A stretch of 64,000 nt of DNA from Candidatus Omnitrophota bacterium (GTDB taxonomy: Bacteria; Omnitrophota; Gorgyraeia; Tantalellales; Tantalellaceae). Made by a program: the position numbers and the translations under genes. The notes beneath the pieces were generated by a model. The model searched no databases. It was not told where the DNA came from and worked only from the letters and a program-made list of their open reading frames with translations. Shown in pieces: positions 37,601 to 46,970 of the stretch (position 1 is the stretch's first letter; every line of letters begins with the position of its first letter). The DNA lies in NCBI GenBank assembly GCA_015231405.1, contig JADGBR010000009.1:25423-89422 (forward strand), given 5' to 3'.

Positions 37601-40600
37601 TCGCCGACGGCACCACCTCACCCTGGGCAGCTTGGCCCGCGAAAGTCTTATTGAAATTGGAGAGCGAAGCGATATTGCTGAACCTCGTGCCTCCGAGTAT
37701 AGCGGCCAATTCCCCGTCAAGAGCGCCGTCCATGAGACATTTACCTATGTCAGGCATGCCCGGAGAGTGGAACATAAGACTGGCCAGAAGCCAGCTCCTG
37801 CCGTCGTCCGTCGCTCCCGGGAACATGTTCATGGCAAGATCATGCCCCCCTATCCCCATAAGCCCCAGCTGTCGCCTGACTTCCTTCAGGAACCAGTTCG
37901 CGCCGCGGCCGCCTCTAAAACATCCCAGGTCAAAAGGCATCTGGTTGCGTAAAGTAACGCCTATGTACGATTCGGGTCCGAAAGCGGCAACGTACAGCGC
38001 CACTATCTCCTCGTCCGATAACCCCTCGCCTCTTTCCGGGGCGATTAGCGCGCCTAAAGCGGCTTTCTTATCGTCAAGATCTCCGCGTCCCAGGGCCGGG
38101 TTCTTGACATAATTCACATACTCGCCGTAAGCGCCCAATAGCGCGAGTATCTGGTCAGGCGCCTTTAACAGAGAATAACGCTGTATCGCCATACCCATCT
38201 CGAACCAATCTCCGTAATCCGAAAGAGCTACCATTTGCCTTGTGTAATTCTTACTTTTTCTGTCGTACGTACTTCCGTCGGTGTTATGCATCTCGACTAC
38301 CGGCCGCTTTACGACCATCAGTTGAGGTTTGATACCTTCGGCCGCGAGAGAAGCTACCTTGTTATAAAGCTCTCTATACCGGCTTTCCTGGCCGCGCACC
38401 GTAACTTTAAGCTGCGCGTAACTGGTCTGATTGGCGGTTGGAGGCCTCGCGCTTATACCCGACTTGACGAACCAATCCCTATACACGGTTTCCGGATCGA
38501 CCACCATGGATATAACTTCTGTCCTATTAATGAGCGCGGTATATAATTTAAGATCAGCTTCGGCATCTTTGGTCCTTTCTCCCACGGCGTCTTTTCTATC
38601 CGAATCGACCTTTAGCATGTCTATGAGAGTCTTGGCTCTTTCGGGCTGTCCATCCTGAACCAGGATACAAAGCGCCGTAGCTACGCTCGTGAACCTGCCG
38701 GCCATAGTAAGGCCCGCTTTTTCTACCGCTGCTTCATCTCCGGATAAAATACTCTTCATCTGCTTATAAGCATGCCCCTCACTATACATGATCAAAGACT
38801 CTGACAAAGTCTCCTCTTCATCCCTTATACCCTGGAAAGTCCCTTCCTTTATATCAGCCCCTTCAGGAATAATAGCCGCCTTTCCTTTTATTTTAACGTT
38901 CTTCAGTATCTTACCGCGTTCCGTGTGTTTCCCATCTTCCAGCCACTGCCCCGCACCGGCCCCGATATATGCTCTATCAGCCAATATCGTACAGTTCCTC
39001 ACCAAAGTCAGCGAATTGATCTGACCGTCCTGGGCCGGCTCATAACTCGTTACCCTACGGGCCATGACAAGTTTATGGTCGCCGAGGATCACCGCCGAAT
39101 CCTTTCTGGGCACAACCAACCCCTGCACACCCCAGCCGTTGCCGATATACAGGCGCCCTTCGGTATTTACCCCGTCGAGATATGTTCCGTTGCCGATCCT
39201 CGTGAATTTGTTCTTGATATCGATCTTACCGGCAAGCACTATCTGGTCTATTATGCGCAGTATCTGTTTCTTTTCCATGTCATACTGTTTCTTTCCGAAC
39301 ATGGAAAGAACATCCTGAACCGTACTTTCGGTAGCCTCTTTAAGGGTCCCGTCAGGGTTATAGCTCAATTTGATGTCTCCCGGCGCGAGCGGAAGAGTGA
39401 GCGGCTGACCGACTATCGCTGGATCCGCGTCAAGAAGGGTGATCAATAAACCCATATTCGCGACGAGCTGCCTTATGACATACTGCGGTTCTTTCGCCCT
39501 GGCGAGGTCTATCGTCTTATCCTCCTCACCGGTATCCTGCTCCCGAAGCTCTTTGAGGTCGCTTAATATCCTTTCCCCGTTCCTGACCTCCTGCAAAAGC
39601 ACTGATTCTATCTGCGATAACTCCTCTCCAAGCAGCACCTCTTTCATTTCCCCGTAAGAGCCGGCATTATCATAGCCTTCATCCTCGCCGGACTTACGAT
39701 AAACATACTCCATGACCTCTTTTCTTTTCTTACGGGCTTCTACGCTGCCCGCGTCCTTCGGCATCCTTTTTTCGGCGACGAATCTGGAATTATTCGAAAG
39801 AGGCAAATTATCCATGAGAAAACTGTCAAAGATCTCGGAATCCCGTCCTATGGTCCTAAGGGAGTTGTTCGCGCCTTTCACTCCCCGTATCGTGGAACCA
39901 TATACCTTACAGTTCCTTCCTACGTGACAGTATCCCAGTATGGCGCTGTTCTTTATTTCGGTAAATTTATTGTCGCTCCCGGAACGTATCTTTGACGTGA
40001 GATCAAGATGCACTTTACCCGAAAGTTTTATCCCGCGCGCCCTACCTTCCGCGGCGTCCTGGAAAACACCACCCGGACCGAATAAACTCTCTTTCACGGA
40101 GGCCAAAGTGAACACCTTCGCCTCAGGCCCGGGATTAAGAGAGATATAGTCCAACCCGCTTATATCCACCCCTCCTTCTTCAAGTATCTTTCTCAGCTCG
40201 AGCTGCCAGAACCTGTTGAACTCGTTCTGGCGCCATGTGTTCTTTATACCGTCCGGAGCGGCCGCGAAACGGGTATAGCCTACGGGTATACGAGCTCCCG
40301 GCTTATTAATGGCGTACCAGTCCCATAACGGGACTATCGGATCGGCCGGAGTACTTTCAAGTATCCCTTTCTTGCTGTCTACCTGTCCCTGCAGGTCCGG
40401 ATGATCATCCACCATCTCTATGAACGTCGACTCGGCCTGCGCTGTCCCGTTCGCCGCCTTTCTCCACGGATTGGAATGTTTTATTGTAGCCATGTCCCTG
40501 TGCATAACGACCACATTGGCGTTTATCGGCACGGTATGTCTCTGCCCGGCCGTAGTATCGGTATGTATGGTCTCGATGAGCGCGTCAACTTCCTCCTCAG

Positions 40601-43600
40601 CCAGATGTTCTATCTTGGAGACAAGGTCCCTCAACTCTTTATTTTCAGGAAGATCCCTGAGAAGCATTAAAAGCGCGCGTTTTTTTGCGTCGATGGGTTT
40701 ATTCCGCCAGTCCTGCAGATGCCTGACGCCACCTCCGAAAAGTGTAAGATCCGCCGGAACTCCCTTATCCGCGACGGCTATCTCATCCTTAAGACCTATC
40801 GTCATTAGATTGTTCTCAGCGACTGCCTCCATCCATGTGACAAGAACCACATCCGCTACCGACTGGTCCTGTATGCCGCAAGCCTCAACGTCGAACCTGA
40901 TATGGTAAGGCACATCGGGCATCTCGCCCGCTCTCTGCATCTCGATATTCTTTTCGACCTGACCGGTAAAACCGCCGCCATAGCCGTGCACGTTCTGGCC
41001 CTCGAGAACGGAATTGGGAGGAAGATTACGCTCCACCCTTCCTTCCGACAAATGTGCGGGGTCCAGAACTTTCGTTATGGGCGACTCTTTATCCGGAGGC
41101 CTTAAGTCCTGAAGGTCCCTGTCATATTTTACCGCCCCGGTCATCAGCCCGTATCTAACCTCATCCGAAAGGTTCTGAAAAACCGAAAAATCGCTTACGC
41201 TTATGCTTACAGGCGCGTCGGCAAGAGTTTCCGTAGCCCCCAGCAAAGTTGTAGCGGTGTTCGATATACCCGTACCCATAGGGCTGACATGCCCTTTGTG
41301 GTTAAGCCCCATCGGGGAATAACGCGCCCCGAACCCGCCGCCAAGGCTGACTATGATGAAACCGAAATGTTTATTGAACACACTGTAAAAACCTCTCTCG
41401 TCATATTCAGATAACGGTTTCTTATCTTCTCTGGCCAGCTTATTCGCCACGGCCCTGAGAAATCTCAAAGAGAGTTCTTCGGCTCTGTCCGAGTCGGTCC
41501 TCTGCCCAGCGATGATATCTTTCTTGATCACTTTCTCTGTCTCTGAACGAAGCGACGGTCTCCCGTTAACGGTTTTGGCTAAAAGCAGGTTCTTAATGGC
41601 CATTTCCTCGGCTTGGCCTTTATCCGCTATCGAGTCTGACACTCTCTGGACCTCGGCGCTGACGACATCCGCGCCGTAAAGAATGTTCAGGCTTTTCAGC
41701 GTCCACGCCCTGTCGGTCGCCGCTTTTCTCGGAGCGAGATAATTCCTCGCCTCGTTGTATTCCCTGTCAAGAAGCCCCTTGGCTTTCTTAAGGTCCCTGT
41801 GTGATTTCCAGTCTATATCCACAACGGGAGGCCTCTGCATGAAAGCTATGTGCTGATTGACGAGCGACGAGAAATACCCGAACATAATATCGTCTTTCGT
41901 CATCTGAGCGGGATTCGTGTCAGGGTGCGACAATGCCTGCCTTACCGCGTCCATGCGGATGGCCACAAGGAGCGGGTCTACAATGGCGTCTTTATCAAGC
42001 CTTTGGAGATCTTTTTCGGTTCCCGCCATAGGCCTGAATATCTTGGATATTATCCTGTCAAGGCTGTCCTGTTTAGCCTGGATCAGCTCATCCGCTATCT
42101 CAAGCCCCTGCTTAAAGGCAACAAGCGGCCTGGGGTCGATCCGGTCCTGGTGAGGTATCACAAAATCCCAGGCAGCTTTCGCGCAGTCGAGACATTCTTT
42201 GAGGTCGCGGCCTTCCACCATGCTTATCATCTGCGGATCGGTAAGAGAAGCCCTGAAAAGCACCCAGGCTCTGTCGGCGCCATGCGAGGGTTCGGTAAAC
42301 CCAAGCCTTACCCCGGACCTCTCATCGAGCCCGCCGTTCGCATTATCCTCCGCCATGAAGATATCGCAGGTGCCTTCGCCGAACCCGGACTCTTTTCTTT
42401 CTGCTTTTCCGAGCGCGCTGTCCCGCATGACTTTTGGGATAACGGCTTTATCTCCGTCGACGAGGTCCATATCAGCCCTATCGACCGGTTTTTTACCTAT
42501 TTCTCCCGGGAGGCCCATCTCGTTACGCACCTCAGAGCATATCGTACGCCGGTATAAACCGACTATCTCGTCAAGCGTCTTGCCGCTGGCCGCCACGGCT
42601 TTTAAGACCTGGCTGGCCGTATACATGCCGTCATCTATGAAAGCATTGTCCCTGAACATGATATGCCCGGATTCTTCTCCGGCTATGATCACGTTCTCGC
42701 CTCTTCCAACCCGTTTTAAGGCCTCGTTGCGGACATAGACGTATCCGGTATTAGCCATGGCGAATTTCGCCCCTTTGGAAACTATACCTTCGCGGACTAT
42801 CATAGAGCTCTTGTTGTTACCTATTATAGTGACGTTCGCCAGATCCGCCGCGTTGGCGCCATCTGTGATCATCTGATCCAGAGCCGCCTCACCCAGAAGC
42901 CTGAGTAAGGCCTGCCCGTTAAGCCTGTTGCCGAACTTGTCAATGAACGCCACCCTGTCCCCGTCTGAATCGAAAGCTATTCCAAGATCGGCTCCTGTCT
43001 GGCGGACCCTGGAGACAAGATCGTTTACAGCTTCTTCCTTGTTAGGGTCCGCGATATGGTTCGGGAAACGCCCGTCTGGATCGCAATAAAGGCGGTCCAC
43101 CGTCACTCCAAGGGCTTCAAGCACATCCGCGTAAAATCCGGCGGTACCGTTACCCGGGTCCACCACGACCTTTTTGCCCCTTAGCGATCCGGCCAGGGGC
43201 TGGAGATCATCTAACAGGAATTGTTTGTAATCTGTAAGACATTTCTTCTCGATGACGCGTTCACCGGCGGGAAGAGGTTCGGCTTTTGTTATGTCGCCGT
43301 CATAAAATTCCCTTTTATTGGCTCTTCTCAGAACCGTCAATAGTTCGCCGCGGGTTATGTCCTCACCCTTGATCGTGAATTTTAGCCCGTTGAACTGCGA
43401 TGCGAGATGACTGGCCGTTATCATGATGGTCGCGTGGATAGGCATCTCCTCTGTCGCGTAATTGTGGTATGCCCATGAAACCATCGGCGTAGTATTGTAT
43501 TTAACGCCCAGGTTCTCCTCTCCTATATATACGACCTTCGCGCCGTTGTCCGTAAGCGCTTTCTCGACCGTCGCCCTTATACGGGGGGAAGTAAGCCTTA

Positions 43601-46600
43601 TATCGTTACCAAGGACTATTGTCGGGTTCGGTACATCAGTGCCGGTAGAGGCCTTCAGCTTTTCCCTTATCACCCTGAGGAACGCCAGAGACATATCGTA
43701 CACGACATCATAGGGAAGCTCCGTCGCGACTTCACCTCTCAGATCCTGCCCGGCGAATATCATCGACCCTTTCCCTTGCGACTCGTCACCGAAGGCCCTG
43801 ACCCTCGCCTTTTTCACTCTCCCTTCCGCTTTTTTAGCGGCGTCCTGGATAACAGCGTTGGGATGAAGTTTTAACTCGCCTAACTCTGCCAGAGATCTGG
43901 TCGAATAAAAGAGTTCCTGCAAAGAGTCTATCTGCTGTTCCGGAGTTCCCTGGAGGATAGCGTTCTCCTCAGGCGTAAGCTCCAAAGTCGACGCGGCCAG
44001 GGTTTGACGCCCGGATTGCCCGTATATGCTCTTACCTTTATACACCGGGGTCGGAGCATCCGGCACGTTCCGGTCAAGGAAGAACTTCCTGTTAATATTA
44101 AGCGCTAGCCCTACTATAAGCGCCCTCATCCTCGGGTCTGTCGTCACAAGGCGCGGGAACTCATACCCGGCGACTTCGCTGTCCAGGACCGTTTCAAGAT
44201 ATCTCGCTAAACGGAGCTGATCCATCCTGATAGATCTGTCCGGGTACGCGTACGACGCCTTGTACCACAACATGACAACATCATCGATGAACCTCGCCGC
44301 CTCGCTCTTGCCAGTTTCCGTCGAGTCTAAAATGAGGCTTCCCTTCTCTGGGGCATAGGCGTGCCCCGGGCTCCTTCCGGCCCAGTGCATCTCGTGAAGG
44401 GCCAGTTTGAAAGCGAGCGAATCCGCCAGATTAACGGTCCGCGTTCGTGGTTCGCCCCTGTCATTCGTATAACTCAGGTCAAAAACCACATTATTTTCCG
44501 ATATATGATCGAAATCACGGTCAAAAGATCCGTTGAACTCGACTACAAGCTGTCCGGGATTATCCTCGTCTCTTCCGGGAAATATCTGGCAGGTCGGAAC
44601 GGTATTAGGTTTGTGCTCATAATCGACATTGTGCCTGATATTAAGATTCGGACGTCCCCCTTCGTCAGCTATGCCGGCTTTTATGGCTACAAAAGCGAAA
44701 ACGTCGTCTATCGACGTCATCCCGCCTGAAAGCCCCACTTGCGCGGAAGGAGATCCCAACCTTATACTGCCAGGAGCTATGCCTGAGGCGACGGTCCGTT
44801 CGAGCGTTTCTGCACCGGCGGCGTCTATCATGCTCCTTTTGGGGACCTGTCCCGCTTCCGGCATCGCTGCCTCAGCCCCAAAACTGGCTACTTCGGCTGA
44901 TCGCCTGATGGCTAGAGCGGCCGCGGCCGAGATCGCATCAAAACCAGCCGGGTCCGACAACTGTGCGACTATAAAATCAGCGCCTTCCCGAGTCCTGGGG
45001 TCACGGCTATTCGCCCTGAACCTGTCAAGAACCGCTTTCTGTAAACGCGCGCGTCCTTCCGCGGTGTCGAGATCATATTGTCCCTCAGAGGCGAAAGCCG
45101 TCACTAAAGCCACCGCCAACTCCTGTAGGAACGTTAAACCCGATGCTCTTATTTCAACATTCCGTATCTGCGGGTCCAGGCACATACCGCTTATCATGTT
45201 GGCCACCTGCAGCGAAGCCGTCTCTACAATAGGAATGAACGGCTGATAAGGCGTCTTTATGCCTGTCAATACCGACATGTACCTGTCATCGCCTTCGATC
45301 GCCATGGATGGAACGATAACGGCATATGAGATATCCCTTTCCTTAAGATATTTCGTCATACCGCCCGTGTGAAAACCCCCGGTGATCAAAACTCCGGTCC
45401 TGGTCTTTTTCCCGGCCATGCCTTTGAAAGTGTTCTCAAGGAGTATCTTGTCGCGTTTCACGGCGATCGAGTAAAAATCGAGCAGTTTACCGAACGCGCG
45501 CCCAAGCTCGGCACCCGGCAGGTCTGCCGTCAACGCCAGGCCGTACTTTTCGCTCTGGGCGTTTATGAACCCCGTGTAAACCTCCGCGGAGAATTCAGCC
45601 TTGTTGTCGTTATAGTATTCGTATTCCCGGTTCGTTATCCTGAGGGCCATGAAATCCAGTGTTATACCTGAATTTTTCCATAGTCTGTCGAGCCGCCTCT
45701 GGTCATCCCCGGCGAACATCCTCGCCTTTATCTCCGATATGAGAGAATCTATTTCCGTAAAAAGACGTTCGTTATCGACCCCGGAATAAGTTGTCAAATA
45801 GGCCATATACCTGAAAAGGTCAGGATAAGAACGCTCGAGGGATATACCGCTTTTTTTCGCCAATTCCGAAAGAAAAACATAGAAGCTGTAATTGGATATC
45901 CTGCCGTTCTTGAAATCCGAGCTTTTGGCGACTAGCGACGCCAGTAATTTCTGGTCTACCTTCCCGCTCAGCTCCTCGATAATAGCCGATCTCTCCTTGT
46001 TCACCGTTTCGAAATTGATCCCCTTTTCAAGGGCCAGCGTCGACAAAAGGAGTGAATAGCTGGGATATTTATCCAGAGATATCCCTTTCGCCCAAGCGAG
46101 TCCATTAAGGTAGGACGCATGGTCCTCCAGCTTTATCTTATTGTCCCCGTAATTCGATATGTGTTCGTCAAGGTCCCTGAGTTCCTGGCTGTAAATAACC
46201 GATTTTAATCTGCCGAGCGACTGTCGGATATTAGCGTAATATTCACCGAACTGACCTCTGTACGCGTATCCCTCAAGAAAAGCGTTAAGGTTCTCTATAT
46301 ACTCCTTCCTGTTCTCCGCTCCATAGAGGGTAAAAGGCTCGCTACCGGTAATTGATAAATACTCGGGTCCCGTTAAATTCCCTTTTCTTAGAAAATGGTC
46401 GGCAGCCTGTTCTCTGAGGCTGTCGTTGGGGAAGGCATTGAACCACGTCGTCTCTATGGTCGAATCCGCTCCCTCGACCGCCACGAAATTGACGTCATAT
46501 TTTTTTATGAGCTCATCGATTATCCGGGCTATATTCATCTCGGCGCTGTAATTACAATGCGCGTCCTGAATATGAATGATAGAAATATCCCCTTTGCCGG

Positions 46601-46808
46601 AAAACTTTTCTTTGATAGTTCCGCAGTTAAGCGGTATATCGAGTTTGTCTATGGAGACCTTTCGAGACACAGGCTCGAATGTCTGTTGAAAACTCCTGCC
46701 TATATCGGCATTCGCGAAACTTATGTTAGATATTAAAAAGATCTGGGCAATTGATAGACTAACTATTCGATGGAAAAATTTCCATTCTCTTATCAACTTA
46801 ATACTCAT
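34698..46808 (-). CDS. Giant protein G3 (4036 aa): signal peptide, QDAH domain, phosphomannomutase, nucleotidyltransferase/LbH, YvcK/CofD-like, cupin-like
   Basis: ORF track. AGGAG RBS upstream, signal-like N-terminus ending ISFA, and HIQDAH, VEGA and ITGGFH motifs. Confidence 0.92.
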   Translation of the reverse strand: MSIKLIREWKFFHRIVSLSIAQIFLISNISFANADIGRSFQQTFEPVSRKVSIDKLDIPLNCGTIKEKFSGKGDISIIHIQDAHCNYSAEMNIARIIDELIKKYDVNFVAVEGADSTIETTWFNAFPNDSLREQAADHFLRKGNLTGPEYLSITGSEPFTLYGAENRKEYIENLNAFLEGYAYRGQFGEYYANIRQSLGRLKSVIYSQELRDLDEHISNYGDNKIKLEDHASYLNGLAWAKGISLDKYPSYSLLLSTLALEKGINFETVNKERSAIIEELSGKVDQKLLASLVAKSSDFKNGRISNYSFYVFLSELAKKSGISLERSYPDLFRYMAYLTTYSGVDNERLFTEIDSLISEIKARMFAGDDQRRLDRLWKNSGITLDFMALRITNREYEYYNDNKAEFSAEVYTGFINAQSEKYGLALTADLPGAELGRAFGKLLDFYSIAVKRDKILLENTFKGMAGKKTRTGVLITGGFHTGGMTKYLKERDISYAVIVPSMAIEGDDRYMSVLTGIKTPYQPFIPIVETASLQVANMISGMCLDPQIRNVEIRASGLTFLQELAVALVTAFASEGQYDLDTAEGRARLQKAVLDRFRANSRDPRTREGADFIVAQLSDPAGFDAISAAAALAIRRSAEVASFGAEAAMPEAGQVPKRSMIDAAGAETLERTVASGIAPGSIRLGSPSAQVGLSGGMTSIDDVFAFVAIKAGIADEGGRPNLNIRHNVDYEHKPNTVPTCQIFPGRDEDNPGQLVVEFNGSFDRDFDHISENNVVFDLSYTNDRGEPRTRTVNLADSLAFKLALHEMHWAGRSPGHAYAPEKGSLILDSTETGKSEAARFIDDVVMLWYKASYAYPDRSIRMDQLRLARYLETVLDSEVAGYEFPRLVTTDPRMRALIVGLALNINRKFFLDRNVPDAPTPVYKGKSIYGQSGRQTLAASTLELTPEENAILQGTPEQQIDSLQELFYSTRSLAELGELKLHPNAVIQDAAKKAEGRVKKARVRAFGDESQGKGSMIFAGQDLRGEVATELPYDVVYDMSLAFLRVIREKLKASTGTDVPNPTIVLGNDIRLTSPRIRATVEKALTDNGAKVVYIGEENLGVKYNTTPMVSWAYHNYATEEMPIHATIMITASHLASQFNGLKFTIKGEDITRGELLTVLRRANKREFYDGDITKAEPLPAGERVIEKKCLTDYKQFLLDDLQPLAGSLRGKKVVVDPGNGTAGFYADVLEALGVTVDRLYCDPDGRFPNHIADPNKEEAVNDLVSRVRQTGADLGIAFDSDGDRVAFIDKFGNRLNGQALLRLLGEAALDQMITDGANAADLANVTIIGNNKSSMIVREGIVSKGAKFAMANTGYVYVRNEALKRVGRGENVIIAGEESGHIMFRDNAFIDDGMYTASQVLKAVAASGKTLDEIVGLYRRTICSEVRNEMGLPGEIGKKPVDRADMDLVDGDKAVIPKVMRDSALGKAERKESGFGEGTCDIFMAEDNANGGLDERSGVRLGFTEPSHGADRAWVLFRASLTDPQMISMVEGRDLKECLDCAKAAWDFVIPHQDRIDPRPLVAFKQGLEIADELIQAKQDSLDRIISKIFRPMAGTEKDLQRLDKDAIVDPLLVAIRMDAVRQALSHPDTNPAQMTKDDIMFGYFSSLVNQHIAFMQRPPVVDIDWKSHRDLKKAKGLLDREYNEARNYLAPRKAATDRAWTLKSLNILYGADVVSAEVQRVSDSIADKGQAEEMAIKNLLLAKTVNGRPSLRSETEKVIKKDIIAGQRTDSDRAEELSLRFLRAVANKLAREDKKPLSEYDERGFYSVFNKHFGFIIVSLGGGFGARYSPMGLNHKGHVSPMGTGISNTATTLLGATETLADAPVSISVSDFSVFQNLSDEVRYGLMTGAVKYDRDLQDLRPPDKESPITKVLDPAHLSEGRVERNLPPNSVLEGQNVHGYGGGFTGQVEKNIEMQRAGEMPDVPYHIRFDVEACGIQDQSVADVVLVTWMEAVAENNLMTIGLKDEIAVADKGVPADLTLFGGGVRHLQDWRNKPIDAKKRALLMLLRDLPENKELRDLVSKIEHLAEEEVDALIETIHTDTTAGQRHTVPINANVVVMHRDMATIKHSNPWRKAANGTAQAESTFIEMVDDHPDLQGQVDSKKGILESTPADPIVPLWDWYAINKPGARIPVGYTRFAAAPDGIKNTWRQNEFNRFWQLELRKILEEGGVDISGLDYISLNPGPEAKVFTLASVKESLFGPGGVFQDAAEGRARGIKLSGKVHLDLTSKIRSGSDNKFTEIKNSAILGYCHVGRNCKVYGSTIRGVKGANNSLRTIGRDSEIFDSFLMDNLPLSNNSRFVAEKRMPKDAGSVEARKKRKEVMEYVYRKSGEDEGYDNAGSYGEMKEVLLGEELSQIESVLLQEVRNGERILSDLKELREQDTGEEDKTIDLARAKEPQYVIRQLVANMGLLITLLDADPAIVGQPLTLPLAPGDIKLSYNPDGTLKEATESTVQDVLSMFGKKQYDMEKKQILRIIDQIVLAGKIDIKNKFTRIGNGTYLDGVNTEGRLYIGNGWGVQGLVVPRKDSAVILGDHKLVMARRVTSYEPAQDGQINSLTLVRNCTILADRAYIGAGAGQWLEDGKHTERGKILKNVKIKGKAAIIPEGADIKEGTFQGIRDEEETLSESLIMYSEGHAYKQMKSILSGDEAAVEKAGLTMAGRFTSVATALCILVQDGQPERAKTLIDMLKVDSDRKDAVGERTKDAEADLKLYTALINRTEVISMVVDPETVYRDWFVKSGISARPPTANQTSYAQLKVTVRGQESRYRELYNKVASLAAEGIKPQLMVVKRPVVEMHNTDGSTYDRKSKNYTRQMVALSDYGDWFEMGMAIQRYSLLKAPDQILALLGAYGEYVNYVKNPALGRGDLDDKKAALGALIAPERGEGLSDEEIVALYVAAFGPESYIGVTLRNQMPFDLGCFRGGRGANWFLKEVRRQLGLMGIGGHDLAMNMFPGATDDGRSWLLASLMFHSPGMPDIGKCLMDGALDGELAAILGGTRFSNIASLSNFNKTFAGQAAQGEVVPSAIRMAQYGQVSPKNAPKVKAINGYVAAFNRRLDDMRRGGMAVAEAKEILVHTLTELRECILQDKTKAEPEKVWGAFVGNILAYFAKSHPEMTKRDAEGAIIGLTDNTLWEMLNPTRNQGHLLCDLKLDPEERVLALEEKLEHVLNQLIRDGKDQIVRDLLYAEFCANVEIPKYDMPLRSMTLVGAQICFNEAIDALPGGTVPSSALLTLSKPAPDHPDGFLSTEERAAIDGEISILIEAGSTSADIAWYLTIREMETFLDVQGRVHPVTLRRYHLAGLAYQTDENGVPTTRIQFLPSEDAFNEISKVGPFQKTVIRERPVLDAAQKEALRKAINEGDIQGVIKVLVPSEKVASNPLAEMAIRNSRLLLMFPTTLVSNIGSAIITPEIGAAIRDNKVALMIYIHNALFENDPPGTTAATMMEDLYRFMSVQHRADLQAEKGSPEPDWEMVADYMTYVLLREPSLYTAYESHYIPADRAGVRERTGDRVSAVGLDVEDPKMSSKGRYLAPPLIRALLQLNQFKELGFGIMSDGTISVFSDSHPGPEVGDPKGLSGIVAKNWSRLAGLPVQDAARFGDDAAMPGEGELTPGEVFPQAVMADDSGEALDGTKYLLDIDASGELAAGDRTVETLEAAPVPLITSDARDAKVEIIGIGDNFMRTGYTMTMGGSVKVDALASRSDHILSVEKGAIRIVDRTGKLLRDGDGNIITLKSGDRKMVSAGLGEYTLVSADEDTRVYTGHIPMGPEKTIVKAFQTAKAYSAKLNGEKIDYIMPKEAFTGDEKRELEQVLRTKLGIDARIITFNSEVGFSEIRAGSLRADARQVLLGTVANYENADTETGVESAILSKAVKLPALPDVSGLKDNGMYYNLEMLAAGSVLSAVRVVDKQVDKKDLDQLEVLFTQFTGRRVSPSDIYFMMSFDEVKDTNLLPADQRSIQAVVNFIKGLLMNMPAMPVDARAELESRRQALWSA
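35390..35760 (-). other. Possible cupin-like (mannose-6-phosphate-isomerase C-terminal-like) domain in G3
   Basis: Beta-rich pattern HILSVEKGAIRI...ITLKSGDRKMVSAGLGEYTL resembles the end of PMI cupins. No metal ligands were recognised. Confidence 0.4.
36050..37930 (-). other. YvcK/CofD (UPF0052)-like domain in G3, with insertions
   Basis: FRGGRGA (GGGTG-like), ATDDGRS (DDGGSS-like), GMPDIGKCL (PPGD.RNCL-like), ASNPLAEMAIRNSRLLLMFPTTLVSNI (GPGSLYTSI-like). Confidence 0.65.
38800..41370 (-). other. Sugar-phosphate nucleotidyltransferase-like domain with left-handed beta-helix repeats in G3
   Basis: IIVSLGGGFGARYSP..HKG resembles LAGG.GTR.....PK; VHGYGG and INANVVV follow, then hexapeptide-like repeats (IKNSAILGYCHVGRNCKVYGSTI). 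Confidence 0.6.
42130..43770 (-). other. Phosphomannomutase/phosphoglucomutase domain in G3
   Basis: QDLRG, GNDIRLTS, TTPM, ITASH..FNGLK, DPGNGTA, PDGRFPNHIADP, FDSDGDRV, GEESGH, DDGMY, FRASLTDP. Confidence 0.92.
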
Positions 46809-46893
46809 GTCATTCTCCTGTTTTTAAATAGATGTAGTGATTTATTCACCTATCAGGAACATATTGCCTTTTTAAAACTTTACATTAGTCTCT

Positions 46894-46921
46894 ATTATAT
46901 CACAATTGCTAAAAAAAACAA
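46894..46921 (-). promoter_or_regulatory. Extended -10 promoter upstream of G3
   Basis: Minus strand TGaTATAAT (46902-46894) with TTGTTT 16 nt upstream of the -10 hexamer, in the AT-rich gap between G4 and G3. Confidence 0.55.
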
Positions 46922-46970
46922 CAGTTACATGTTAAAATTTAAACACCTAACATTCATCCTATATGTTATT

